Assembly (NCBI GenBank): GCA_977030845.1
Contig: OZ365109.1
Coordinates: 52,204,001-52,268,000 of the forward strand
Direction of reading: 5' to 3'
Origin: Fimbriosthenelais zetlandica
Lineage: Eukaryota
Length of the DNA: 64,000 nucleotides
The notes beneath the pieces were generated by a model. That model saw only the letters and a program-made list of their open reading frames with translations, made no database searches and was not told where the DNA came from. Of the stretch, positions 11,136 to 24,856 are shown in pieces. Positions within the stretch are counted from its first letter, which is position 1. The number at the start of each line of letters is the position of its first letter. Made by a program: the position numbers and the translations under genes.

Positions 11136-11363
11136 AGAGGAGAAAGATCCCGTGAAAAGGAAAACGTCGAGAGGGGCAACAATGATCAAAGGGCAGGACA
11201 CTGGGCGGGAACGGTGGAGGCAAATCCAGGGACAATATGAAGGGATGTAGGTAAGGATAGATGGAGGAACAGACGTATAGATATAGGACAGGGATGAGGT
11301 AATGCAGAAGGAGAGATAGAAGGAAACAGGGGTATGGGAACAGAAGCCATGAGTCCATGTTAT
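11136..11363 (-). CDS. candidate symmetric phase-1 ARNT exon encoding a hydrophobic stretch
   Basis: ttcttttag|...|gtgagt, 228 nt, open in the ARNT frame (MDSWLLFPYPCFLLSLLLHYLIPVLYLYV...); low-complexity CT-rich sequence, so the open frame may be compositional. Confidence 0.25.
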
Positions 11364-14300
11364 CTAAAAGAACAACTCTCCACCACCTCCTCCTCCTCCT
11401 ACGCTACGTCCACCTCATCGCACAGCAGCAGTAGAGTAGTCACGACCCAACCTCCACCAGATAACTCCCTCTATAACTCCTCCTACCTCTCCTCCCGCTC
11501 ATGCTATCTTATACATTAGTTACCACTACAGTTAAACACCCAAAATTATTCATAGCCTTGTCATTCTGATTTTTAAGTCACATAGCCTTGACTTTCTTGA
11601 TTTAAGTCTTATTAGAAGTTGGTAAAAGTCTAAATTTAGAAACCAGAAAGGTGTCTCTTCCGTTTTGGTCTTATGAACTTTTCCAAAAATTGACAACCTT
11701 GGGTATAAATAATTTCGGACTTAACTGTACATACTATTCCCGTTTAACAAGCATTTACAAGTCAGAAATTCCCCATCTCTCCCGCCAGTGGTTCAATTTA
11801 TTGATAATCTGACAATGTTTATTTTTTTTAAAGTTACAAACACTATCGAACCATGTGTAATGGCAAAAGACAACGTTCATGGGACGTCCCCATGATTTTT
11901 TCATATCTTCCTTGTCTCACACCATTATTATCAACAGTACACCACGAGGAGATAACGTTCATTTTTTTGTTTTTTCCGACAAATATTCTTTGTGTCAAAT
12001 GATGTGTCACTTATCACTGACTGAAATTAGCATTTACAAAGAAGCAGCCCATTTTCTTCATTAATTAGCCAGTATTTATAACCTCCAAGGATCTAAACGT
12101 CCCAAGTATCACAGGCTATTGACACCAAATTATAAAGATCATCCATCACGAACCACTCGTATCTACATTATCTTAAAGTGATAAAAATCTGTAGCTTGCC
12201 GAGCGTGACTTGATGCTAAGCATTTTCTCTACCGTTCAGACCAATCAAGGAAAGAATACCATTGGCTGACGACACATTTAATGTCACGACTCAGTCATAT
12301 CACAAATAAAAACCTTCAAGATGGTCAACATCAAGTAGAATACCTCTCATTGACCACACAGGTTCCCACGATCATTTTGAGAGTTCTGTCTCTAGCTATT
12401 CAATATGAATCTTTGGTTTATGTTATGGACAGATTCATCGAGCCTGCGGATAGTCATGTACAGCATAGTCACGCTGCCCCATGGTAGAAATACATTGTGT
12501 CTACTTATGATAGAAATGCCTTTAATTAACTTGTTACCAGCAAATCAAGGGTAAAGGTTTTGCAGTTCAAATAGAGGAAAAGTCTGTGTGTACATGACTG
12601 GAAGCACATATGGAGTCCCCAGCTTCCCCTCCACTACCAGATCTGAATTACGGGAATGTAACTGGCATCCGACACATAATAGAAGGGTGACAAAATTACA
12701 CATGCGCAATAAGCAAAACAATTGTCCCATATTTTCTTGTTTGTACCCAAAATAATTTTCCAGGTTGGTAACCATTATTTCACTGATCAATTTGGTAAAA
12801 TGGGTGCAGGGTAAAAGATGCTGGGGTTATCTGTACACGAACCATTGGTCGGATAAGTGAGCGTCGGCGAACTTTGAACCTGAGGATCAGGCTTGTAGCT
12901 TTGAGTCACTCTACAACATGGCCATCGCTCGTCTACAGTCAACATTCAACTCAGCCTGCTGACAGGGCTCCCTCTCACAAAAGGACAAGGTGGGGTGAGG
13001 TTTGTTTAGAGAGCCGGCTCTTTGTTCAATGTTTAATCTCTCATCTTGAATGCACGTTTTTATTGTATGCCCTTCCATTGAGCTGATGGGAAGGATGCGG
13101 GGTAGGGGTGTTGGGTGAGGGATACATCCAAGATACGAGCAAACCTAAACATTTTCACTCCGAGAAAAATTTATGATGACCTAATAGGTTTATCTTCAAG
13201 TAGATTATCAACTGTTACACAAAGTAAACGCCCAACATACATCACTGCAATATGACAATAGTATTTTTACTGCAGACAAACACTTTATTATGAGTTTATA
13301 ATTGTGGAAATGTCAAAATATTTTCACAATATGTTTGGGGCAAGCTCATGAATACAGACTTAGAAGGATGATGAGTTGGAACAGGTCCCAGTAATATGTC
13401 CCAGTATCGAGTAAAAGTATCACAAACCGACGGGAAAGGGAGCAAACAGTACACAAAGGGGCCACATTTTATTTATGTTCTTTATTATCTGATAGTCCCG
13501 ATATGACTGTTCACATCCAACTTCCTACTTCTACTCATAACCCAATAAAAATAAACCAGACACAATATCTTAAACAGGGCATTGGTCATGATTTATATCA
13601 AAGAATTCGGTGAGGCTGGGAAATAGGGGAGAAATAGAGGAAGGGATGAGGCTGGGAATAGGGCGAAGTCACGAGCTGTTACAAGCGAGTGGCTCTCCAC
13701 TGTAATGAAGGGTAGTAGCGAATTTGGACTTTCAAAGGCAGGAACACATCCTAAGGTATGTCAAAGATTTCTACACTGTTGTCTTCTCGTTCCAGGACCA
13801 TCTGGCACGTACTGTTTGAATGGGAAGTAAATCAATACCCTATGTCAAAAGTTAGTGGCAAGAATAATGTGCTATGTGTAGGCATATAAACCGCCTATAA
13901 ACGCAAAGAAAATGTAAATGATCTCAGCTAAAGTAAAAATACCTGTAGGAAATATAATTTGAAAGGATATTAAGGTATTCTTTTAAAATCTAAAGGGCAA
14001 TGCGTGGGGGGACGTGTCTGTGTACATTAGGAGATCTAGTCAGGAGGGTATCTTGTTCTCCTTGACTCCATTAAAGAATGAATATAGATAAAACACCAAC
14101 TTAAGGCTCATGTTACACACATATATAATTCTTATTCTTAACAAATGAGTTTGACTCTTGTTCCTAAACTTTGCCATTTCGAAAACTGAAGAAACCTACG
14201 AAATGAATATCATTAAAAAATACTCAGACGTTATGAAGTTGGGGTATCGATACTTGTAAAGGTCAGAACTAAATTGAGAGGCTAGATATATATCTCATTT

Positions 14301-16376
14301 TTATGTAAAAGACGTAACGAATATATGACATTATAATGATTAAATAAAAAATCTAATGATCAATATATAATACCCCGGTATATTATGTGTCAATATTAAT
14401 CAACGATAAAGTATTTATTTCTGGATAAGCAGGTGCGGCTCATTTCACAACACATTAACCTATATTTCCCTTGGTCCTTAATGCCCACACATACAGAGAA
14501 ACCCTATAGTCAATCCTAAGTGACAGTACAAAATCTCCCAGTCATTTTATTCTAATAAAAAAATTGTTTTTAAAGAAAATCAATTGATATAAAAGACCAA
14601 ATATCTCAAAATGTTGTGGGAAGAGGATGCACGACTTGGCCATCTTTTTGAGGTATCAGACGTTCAAGAGTAAACCCCGTCACACCTACAGATTACATAT
14701 TGCTAAGCAAAAAGAAGTTTTGCTTCACGTCAGGAGAAATCCTATTCCGCTCGTGTCGAAAGACAGAGGGTCATGGCGTTCTCAAAGTGCAGTGCTCCAT
14801 CAATGAAGGGTGTGTGGTGGGACGGTTCTATTCCATTCTTTATACCACATGGCCTAAACACATCCCCCTCTCTGTCTCTTCATCCAGGGCCTACACGCAG
14901 TTAACAGAACCAGGACCGAGCACAGTGATTTTCATAAAGATTCTATTATTTTATATAATGCTGGGATACGATCAGTTATGCCCAAGATTATTAAAGGTTT
15001 TCATAAAGCAATCAGGGTGGAACTGGACAAATTAAATTGGCCATTGTGAATTAGTCATGCAGTAAGTCTGTATATAACTTATTACATGTTCCTTTGAAAT
15101 ATATATTTGTTTTCCTATAAAATTCTAAATATTACGACCACTTCATAGGAGTTTAAAATAGAACATTTCTTTTGATTCATGGGAGATATTTTGTCCTTGT
15201 CAGCATTAACGAAAAAGGTTCTCACCTTGGTTCACCTTTCAGATTTTTTTTTCTTTCTCTCGAAACAATCAATTTGAACAAGGAGAGCCCACGTTATCCA
15301 GGACATTTATCATAACTTCCGCCGCCAATTACTAAAATACCAGGCCCAAATATCCAAAAGATGCCACATTGGGCGAGAGAATCGGCCAGTGAACGAGCCG
15401 AGAAATGGATCCAACATCACATCATTCATGCTTCCCATACTGAAACATGCGTAAACCACCCTCACTGCAGCTAAAACAAATCATTACTCAAATTTCAACA
15501 TCTGAATCTCCACAGAACTTTTTAACAAGGTTCTTTTCCTATCATCTAAAGCGGACTTTTGGGATGAATTCAGGAAAGGAATGAAAAATTTAGTATTGGT
15601 ATGTAAATGGGATTATAATTTAAACGTTCGGCATTTAAAAGGCCACTCATAATATCTTCTAAACTAGGACTGCATGAAATACAAAATTTCTATAGATTCC
15701 CATTAATTGGGAAAGAAAGTCAGTTTCAGAAATGTTAGGCAATTTTGTAGGTGTCTGGAGGAAAAATATGTACCTTTTATGTGACAAAAGATATTTTTGT
15801 GAAAGTTGAGATATACTTTACTAGAACAAATCTGACGATGTGATATAGGTAAGGATTAGATCTATGGATGTGAGTGGTAGGGGAGGGGGTGCGTTAGCTT
15901 GTTGTGATGCCAGGGCTGGAGGAACGACTCGGTTTACCAGCGTGGCATGCAGACAGGGGAAACCTAACCCATCTCCATTGTTCTTAACCAAGCAGATCAT
16001 AGGCTTCAGTGTTCCTAAGAAGGAAAAGGAAAACAGGCCGTGATTAGCCTGATCTCCTCAACCTAACCAGAGGTTACAGGTTGAAGCTGCTCGTATTCTT
16101 CAGATTACATGCGACGACAGGGGTGTGTGTGTGAGGTGCGGGGATGGTGAGTAGGGGGGGGGGGGTGATTATCTCATCTCACAGAGCTCACCTTCCACAA
16201 CTTGAACCACTGATATCAGGAAATTATGGCTAATACAGGGGAATACAAAATTACAATTTATAGTAAAATAAAAACACTTTTTTGTGCGGTATCAGAGCAT
16301 AGAGCGTCAGAGTGAAGTATATGTACAGTAACATATATTTCAACTGTCTGAGGCTCTGATTAACTGGGCTGGGTTT

Positions 16377-16409
16377 GGGGTGGGGTGGGGTGGGGTGGGG
16401 TGGGGTGGG
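16377..16409 (+). repeat. (GGGGT)n tract, G-quadruplex-capable
   Basis: Six or more GGGG runs separated by single T. Confidence 0.85.
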
Positions 16410-17534
16410 AGGGTAGGAGTTCATGTGGAAATCAATTTGTATCCAATGGATCATCCAGTGATCCAATTTAAAAACAATCCAACATCTACTGGCAACAATA
16501 TCTAATAGAGTTGCCAGTTTTGACACAGTAGCAATGAGAAGTAAGGTACGAGGGTTTGGTTTCAATTAAATCCCATTTCTATAAAGAGAGTAAGATGATA
16601 CTCAGTGATAATATTATGAGATGGGCGACAGATGGCAGTCTGAGTGACACTTGTGGACCTTTCTCTATACAGGGGTGAGACTGAGAGCACTTCCACCTTC
16701 ATATAATACCCCCTCCAATTAACCAATACCAAGATGGCCGGCGTCAGGTATTTCCAAGGCAGACCTAACTGTGATGCTGCCATCAGTTATTGAATACAGT
16801 TTAGAAACTTTTAAGTGAACAATCATTTGTCAAATACTCAATAGATACATAAACATGGGATTTGTCTTGCATGAATTTATACAAAGATGAGTTTCCATAT
16901 TAATGGTCCATATTACCTTCTGTGTATGATATTATCAAACGTATGAATTGAGCAAAATTAGGTGCATTTTTTTTTGTTATACATGGTGTAATATGATTAA
17001 AAGATCATCATCTCAAGAAGCATAAATTAAGTTTTTTTCATCCTCATAAACAATCTTCTTAGTAGAAGCAGGTAAAAGAGCTACATACTCACTACAATCT
17101 GATTATGCATTATGACACCAATCAGACTGTCACCAAATTGGAGGTTTGGTTTAGACAAGAGTTAGACAAGGCATTACTTAATACTTGGTAATGATGTGGC
17201 ATTATGCGCCAATATGCCAAGGCATGATTACCGGAGAAACCGGCGACGAGAGGCATAAGACACATCTGATAGAGTACTAGTGAGACAGAGAGGCGAGCAC
17301 TACCAGGTAATCATCTCCACTGTGTGTGTAACAAAGTATCATCATGTTCTAAATGCTCAGGAGCTTGTGAAAACAGCCAGTCAAGAAAGGAAGAGCAGCT
17401 CAGCAGGCCCCATTGCTACTTCTATGCCACATAGCGCCAGTTTACCGCTAAGAAGATGAGTTGACAATAGACATCATTATCACTTCCCTTCATACTCAGC
17501 TGGCCTCCTTCCCAGCCTCCCCAGGTCCAGCCTT

Positions 17535-17548
17535 GTTACCATGGCAAC
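17535..17548. promoter_or_regulatory. RFX X-box
   Basis: GTTACCATGGCAAC, exact match to GTTNCCATGGNAAC. Confidence 0.7.
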
Positions 17549-19156
17549 GGTAAAGTTGAGTAATTACAATGAAGCATGATATGAAAGTGTTGGTTTAGGG
17601 GCTGGGGGAGGCCTGAATCAGGCCACTATTCATCAGGCAAGAGATCGCATGTCACTGCTGGGATCCTCTATAGGAAGGAGGAGTGAATCCCCAGCCTGAT
17701 CAAGGCTGGGTAATACTCGGCCAGAAACCAGGTTGACATTGGTCAAGGCTTTCCACTCAAGTCTGAAAATACATCACTTATAAAGCTGGGGGTGGCCATC
17801 ATTACCACCTATAACTGAACTCGGAGGGTTTTTTTCAACAGGGGGAACTGATGACAAATCACAGTATAGACAAGTGTCCAATGACTGGTACTAAATTCAT
17901 GTGGTTACTGTAATATACACCTTAAATACTAACAGGAGTGAAGCTGCATTTCAGTGTTGGAAATTGCAATTCTAAGGCTGCCAGGTGATTGGAAAGAATT
18001 AATATTTACCTTTAATTTCCCTTTCAATAAAATCAGAGAAATCAATGGAAGAATACCTGTCTACAGGACATGATGTTCAGAACTACTCTTGTAAATATAC
18101 CATAAAAAAATAGCTTATGCATGCCATTCTGACTACATATGCAATATTTGTGCAGGATCATAGATTGATACAACCAAAACACTGGAACGACCCCAGTGGA
18201 AGCAAAAGGAATGACACCACATAGATAGTTTCACTGTGTGGCAGCACCTTCCAGTCAGAACTAAAATGCCATCCTTATGAGTTATCAAGCTCGAACCTTC
18301 AGAACAACGATTAATATGGATGAAACGGAAAAAAATATTCTTAGCCATCAAAGTAAAAAATAACCCCTTTTGTTTTCCAAAACGCATAATGGTGAAAACA
18401 AGCAACCATACAGAGATCTGACTTCACTGTCTCAAGTCGAGGTCTGATTCATACAGTTCCATGCTATTTGGGACCACACTGCTGAAGTCAACCTGAATCT
18501 CTGCACCATCAGGGGAGTGGTTCCTCCAGGCGCTGACAACAGTGGCGCCACCTGGATATGGAACCAAGAACCATCTGACGCCAATGTTTCTCACTAGGGG
18601 ACAGATTTATGCAATGATGAACAGGTTGAATTGAACAGGTTGAAAAGCAGCATCTTTTGTTCCTTATAATGAATTATTATAACGAAAAAGTCAAGAGAAT
18701 AGTTTAAAAACGAGATATCAGCTAAATCTATCAAAACTAGTATTTCTAGATGTTATTCTCACTCTGGGATTAGACAAGAAATCGTGTACATGTAAAGCAG
18801 TGTCATTCATGACTGATCGTTTGATAAAGGATAATTTAGGACCATATCCTTCATTCTCGTGTTATAAAACAGCAGAGGCAATGATGCTGCTTGCGGTTGG
18901 GAGCTGTGAGCCTGGTTCAGCATCGGGTTGGGGAGGAGGACAAGGGAGGGGAATATTTTCACTGAGGCCCGTGTAATTAAGCTTAGTCACGCGCGCCGAA
19001 CAGAGCGCCCCCTCCACAAACGCAGCCGCACTACTAGCGCTGGGTTCAAAACGTTAAAAGTTCAGACATAAACTGTACCAGTACATGAACCCATAAAAGC
19101 GGGACAATTTTATAGAAGGGTAGAGAACGACCACCAAAGCGAAGCCATGCCATGTG

Positions 19157-19170
19157 GTTCCCATGGTAAC
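19157..19170. promoter_or_regulatory. RFX X-box
   Basis: GTTCCCATGGTAAC, exact match to GTTNCCATGGNAAC; next to CpG-rich patches at about 18980-19050 and 19600-19720. Confidence 0.7.
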
Positions 19171-21734
19171 GTTATTATAACTATAATGGCACTATTGCCC
19201 TTGGCAAAGTTGTCTGTCCTTTGGAGGAGGTCATCATCTGCTGGCTCCTTTTCTTGGCATCATCTGCTTATCATAAACTAGATTACTCCCTCAGGCTTGA
19301 AAGGAAATAATTTGTTTTTAAAAATTCCCCCATCACTTGGTCATGGAATCCACCGCAATTCCAATATAGTTTTGTGGTAGAAATCTAGTGATCTAGTAAT
19401 GTTGGAACATATTACTTATTAGAGATACAGCTGGAATGCTCATCCCAGATCATTATCCCAGGTAATCCAATCAGCAATAGATTGAGACAGGAATGTTATA
19501 TCTAGATAGGTTCTATAATAGCAGTGGTATGTGAATTTGGGAGAGATGTGTGGGGAGGGGAGGGTGGGGAGGAGCAGACGGAGGGGATGAAGGAGGAGAG
19601 TGATGACCAGCCGGACTCAGTGTCCAGTCTTTGTAGCCTCCGGGCACAGCAACCTTCAAGGCCTGCCCGCCCGTCCGCACAGACAAGGCGGCCCTGGCCC
19701 AACCTTTACGTGACTAGAATACTGATATTTTAGACGAGCCACAAGCCTTCTGGCCATTCAAATTACAAGCTCCACAAATGACTTTCTTCTCATCTATGTG
19801 CCCGCAAATGTTCCCTCGTAAATGATCTGGAGCCTTTATAACTGTCATCATAATTTAAGTGGAGCTCAGATATAATCTATTTTGTGTTAAGTCATAAATC
19901 ACCCTTGGCATATCCATCGTGCTAATTATTTGTTCCAATGAATGATGATGATGACCATATAATAGGTAGGAGGGGCCTGGGACAAGTCTAGAATATTGCT
20001 ATTATTGATTTGCCAGGGGGAGGGAATGTGGCACAGGGGTTCAAGTGAAGCTGCAGGAAAAGGAAACGGTTGGACCTCTATAGTAGGTTCCACGTTTCTT
20101 CAGCAAAATAAAATGCCAAGGACATTGAAACTGACAGTCCTATATAGGGAACCACGGTCACATCAGTCCAAACTAGATATAAATAGAAGTGTCAATTCCC
20201 TGTCCTTCTACAGTGCAGGGTGGAAGGTAGGGAGGAGCTTCACGTCATAGCAGATGGGCAGATACTAATTCCTCAACAGTTGTCAGCCTGATAACTATCA
20301 ATCCATAATTAAAATGGATAGACAGATTATAATCAAATTTTGGCAACTGCCTAGAAGAAACAGTTAACTGTTGAACATTTGATCAATATTTGGTCGATAT
20401 CGACATCTTACAAAAGAAATTCAACAGAATAAAACAGATGACGATAGTATACGCGCTCAGCGAATCTAGGAGTTGACTACAAGACATTTGCACAAATAAT
20501 ATGATGCACTAAGCCATTTGGGACATAACCTCATCCATTGAATATTCAAACCATGGATGCTTAGATTCGCCTGCAAGGCTGGCTTTGATTTATCCATAAT
20601 ATTTCCCAGGTATAACAGAGAGTGCGGCGAGCAAGATGCTGCGGTGAAACCTTATTAAAAACTCATATCCCTCATATAATCAGTATTCCATGCAGCAGGC
20701 AGGCAGGAGAGCGGGGAAAATAAAGGCGGGTTGTATTAGCATTGACATTAGCAACAGCAACTGGGGGGTCAACCATGCAAGCATCCATACACGACCCCAT
20801 GACTTGACTCGAATATTGCACTCATAAATATCACCGTCATGTTTTCTAATGGTGAACACAGGTCCTGCCTTTGTCATTCACATCACCGATGTCCCATGGA
20901 ATTAATCTCAGGTAATCAATAACCTATTTTTAATGGTAGGGGGTAGTATGGGAGAGGGATGGAGTGATTTTGTAGAGAGAAAGGGGGGATGGCTATATAT
21001 ATTGTAACAGATGTAGCTGATGGTGAGAGGAGGTGGATGGGGGTGGACGGGTTGGTGGGGAGAGGGGGATAATTGTTGCGTGACAGAATCTCCAGTCCAC
21101 AGTAGCAGCACCCCAACTCACCCAGGCCTCAACTAGGGACCAAATCACCCTCCATTTCCATCTCATCTTCCTCCACCATTAACGAGGGTTAGCCCCCACT
21201 ACTCTGTCACAGACAACCGAGGTAAAATGAAAGTGGGGGAGAGGGGGTGGCCTCCCCATTTCTCCTTTTTCAGAAATATGAAGAACATTGTACAATATAA
21301 TAATATACTTCGCATGATACCGCATGTAAATGACACTAGGGTATTCTCACCACGATGTCAGAATCACTTATCAGGGAATCAAATTTTCAAACCAGATGAA
21401 TTAAATTTTTCGATTTGAGAACATGAGACTTGGATAGCTGAGGTATGCCTGATTCAAATTTCAAACGCTCAGAGAATCCAAATTTAATATTTGAAGTGGG
21501 CGTCAGAATTATTTTCTATGTCACTGTCAATATTTATTTAGACGGGTGGATTCGACAAGGCCCTCAAGAGGTCTCAAAGTATCTTGAGCCACTAGTGTGT
21601 ACACATGATTTTTCCGTATTCCATGACAAGCTTGTTTTAAGGCAAGCTGACACGATTCAACATCAAATATTATGTGCTTTACAGTCATCAGCATTAGAGA
21701 TACAACAGTAGTGAGCAGTCTACCCCCCACTCAC

Positions 21735-21765
21735 CGATCCCCCACATGATTTCCCACTTACCCAT
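21735..21765 (-). CDS. ARNT: alternative ARNT first coding exon with two in-frame phase-1 donors
   Basis: ATG G|gtaagt (donor 21761) and ATG GGT AAG TGG GAA ATC ATG TGG GGG ATC G|gtgagt (donor 21734); both phase 1, compatible with the 7580 acceptor. Confidence 0.5.
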
Positions 21766-22691
21766 GAGTTCGCCCAGAAACTGAGAGCGCTACAGACATG
21801 GCATGCGATCCACAAGCTGAACCATTGTCAGATAGCGTGCATGCAAACGTGCGCCACTCAAATAGGTCAGGTCTGCCTTCTCACAGGAGAAAGACACACA
21901 CATATACACACACCCTATCAAACCCCTTCCCCACATCCATCATTATGTATATAATCTATATTCCCAATACTGCTACTTTGCTCCTCTCACTATAAATGGT
22001 ACATGTACACTACACCAGTAGTACATGTATACATACTGATAATGTATTGAATCAGGTAAAATACTTGGTTCAAAACAGCACTTGTTTTTTCCATGTTGCA
22101 CTCATGAAATTCTATTAGAGATTTAATTTAATTTATGAGGACAAAATTGCAATACACAGGCACTCCAGCATTAAAATGGAAAAACGAGATTTTTAAATAA
22201 TCTCATGGATATTGGCGTCCCAGTAGGATCTCAGGTGAGTCACTTGAAGTGAACAGGAAAATCGATTTAGCAATGACAGTATGTACATCATTCCCATAGA
22301 AGTAATGGAGGCAACACTTCTTATCTAATATAACAAACACTTTGCTCCTTGTTAACAAGACAAGAAGACTTGAATAGATTGAGATCAATGAATTTTAAAA
22401 GTGACATATAGACGTATACATCAAGTACATGTATATGTCAAATTTAGTAACATAGAAGCTGGAGAGGAGGAGATGGAGGGTGGTAACTGCTTATACATGA
22501 ACAGTTAAAGTCAGCATCCAAGCTAGCATTCAGCTGCTTAAAACATACCGAAAGTGACCCGAAGCTAGGCAAATAAACGGTTTATTTGAGCAAGACAGTA
22601 GGTACGTGATTCTCCCTCTGCAGATGGGATTGCCATCATGGGAAGAGATGTAACCTGCAAGTTCCCACCGCTTTTCTTTCTATGGGGATGC

Positions 22692-22706
22692 GGGGGGGGG
22701 GGGGGG
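22692..22706 (+). repeat. poly-G (15)
   Basis: Homopolymer run. Confidence 0.9.
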
Positions 22707-24521
22707 CGGTATAGTGTTGCCCTGATTTTTTTCTTTGTGACCAGTCACATGATTAGAATATACTTTCATGATCACACTCCAACATAAAGTATTGTTTCCA
22801 AACCCCACAAGTATTGTATGAAAATCAGTAATTCCACTGAACCAGGACTAATTCCCACAAGAACAATAGTCAGTATATTATATACCCATAGGGACTAACA
22901 CTTCAGTTCTGAAAGGAATGCGATCAAATGTCTGGAAATGGAACAATAGATCACATATAGTATCAGGTATAAATGACAATATTGATTTAAAACCACTAAA
23001 AGACCCCTATCTTATGTACCAAAGAGTAATATACAGTGTAATCAGACCCCAAGATCATTGTCTTAAACATTTTCACATAACTTATCATTGTTATGTTACT
23101 AAACCTCTTTAGGAGTACATGTACTGAAAGTGTGAACTCACTCATCTGAAACATGGTTGATTCGTGATTGAAGAAGACTCAGGTATTTTTCAGAGATCAA
23201 AGGTTATTACGCAACTATCGTAGTATCTATAAATAGATCACCACATGTAACTACATCCGCAAAACATTGTGTTTCGCAGCAAATTTACTTCCGTAGTCAA
23301 CGAAGCATGACAGTGTCGTGACTTATGTTGGTGTGTAAAAACTGGGACACTTTACCTGATACAGATAGGTAAGATTCGCTAATAAGGAAGAACAGATTAT
23401 GCTTTTGAATACATTAAGGGTAGGGGCAAGTAGGATCGGAGTTCAAAAGAAGGGAAGTGAAATGAAGGTTTAATTAACTGAATGTCATCTTTAGTGAGGT
23501 TTTTATACAATGTGGGCGAATACACTAGCTGAACCCTTGGCTCTATCTTCACTGACTCAGTCTTGTTATGAGTTGGTAAATATCATGACGAAGAAAGGAT
23601 CAAGCACGACGAGTAACAGTTTGTTTCATTTGTTTGCTGAGTAAATTCTATAAAATTCTATTTTTCATTCATATATATATGATGTCTAGCCGGCATACAA
23701 TATTGAATAACCTCCCTTGAAAAACATGTCATTTCGTAGGAAAATATTGGCAAATATTGCAAGCATAGACATACTCTTGGTATCCTCGTCAAATATTCAA
23801 TAAAAATTATTCTATGCACATTATAAAATTAAAATAATCCCATGAATTTGCAGATCTATCATGTGCCCTGCCATATTCACTAGAACTGCTAGGATCTATC
23901 CGATCTGTATTTTCATTCTTGTGTTTCTGTCCAAAAATACATTACACCAATTTAGGCAATACACAGTTTAGCAAAGTCAATACACAACACTCATTCATTG
24001 TCACAAAATTAGGAATTTTATCCCAAGCCCCATTTTCATCCTCAATCAACATTACCAGGTACATTATGATATTACAATAAACTTCTTATCACATCTTTAT
24101 CCATCTTTAAATTAAAAGTTCTAAGGAAAGGGCTTCATATCTAGTTCAAGCCTTGATACGACTGACTGACTGGATGATAGGACAGTGTTGAGTCTGGCAA
24201 AGCAGCAGGGCCTGGCCTGAGGCTGAGGCTGAGCAGCGATGCCCGCAATAAACATCACTACTTCGGTATTCAAGAGCAAAATATTGCCGTTTATCTTACA
24301 AAAGACTGGCTATTAAATGAAGAAAATGAAAATTGGGCATTCTATTTTGGTATGTAGATCGAAAAATGCTTCAAAGTGCCCTTTGAAGACAACGGTAGAA
24401 GACCTAGATTTCGCCCCATATCAAACCCCCAGCTCCCGGTGCCGCTGTCGTAGAGCAGACTCGGTTGTCCCATTTCTTGCAGACAGACCCCACGGCCTCA
24501 CGAAAAAATGATGATACTTAC

Positions 24522-24564
24522 GCGTTTGTGATCCGCCTGGTGGTAATGCTGCGGCCGCCGCCAT
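24522..24564 (-). CDS. ARNT: ARNT main first coding exon (MAAAAALPPGGSQT)
   Basis: agaATGGCGGCGGCC... C|gtaagtat, phase-1 donor; short MAA-starting exon 1 like vertebrate ARNT; YY1-like AGAATGGCGGC overlaps the ATG; CpG-rich context. Confidence 0.8.
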
Positions 24565-24851
24565 TCTGTTTATATTCCTGAATATGTCTACGATCGTTTG
24601 GTGTGTTTAGTCGGAGTCAGAAATAACGAACCTTGTCTTAAAGACCTAGTTAATCGGTGATGACTTCGGGGAACTGATGTTACTTGGCCCGACCGTATCA
24701 ACAATGGTGGAAGTCTCGTAGGTAGACGAGAGAGGGCGAGACTCCGCGAGATTAACCTGCTTCTCCCAGTAAGCTTTGTGTTTCCGGTGACACTGGAGCA
24801 GGAGTGGTTTCTTGTTGATGTTTGGAATGAGGCGGTGAAATTAAGAGGAAA
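24565..24851. promoter_or_regulatory. putative bidirectional promoter between ARNT (-) and the plus-strand gene
   Basis: ARNT ATG points left at 24564; a plus-strand ATG GG|gtaagt points right at 24852-24862; CpG-rich with an ETS-like TTCCGG; no TATA seen. Confidence 0.5.
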
Positions 24852-24856
24852 ATGGG
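24852..24856 (+). CDS. candidate first coding exon of the plus-strand gene (ATG GG|, phase 2)
   Basis: aaaATGGG|gtaagtaa, consensus donor at 24857. Confidence 0.4.

Larger units (their letters stand above)
913..24564 (-). other. ARNT: ARNT/tango (bHLH-PAS class II) gene, 5' portion; PAS-A/B and C-terminal exons lie left of the window
   Basis: Exons with GT-AG boundaries and compatible phases splice to [128 protein letters not shown]...[18 protein letters not shown] is ARNT-type rather than BMAL1/cycle-type. Confidence 0.95.

Noticed and set aside
10616-15450. Recurrent LDP(Y/F) peptides in minus-strand frames (10616-10804 and about 15320-15430) resembling the MLDPY start of the 9398 exon
   Set aside because: No convincing phase-1 donors; similarity is only 3-4 residues.
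23138-23160. Minus-strand ATG TTT CAG ATG A|gtgagt phase-1 mini exon
   Set aside because: Compatible in phase but very short and without promoter evidence; cannot be told from chance.
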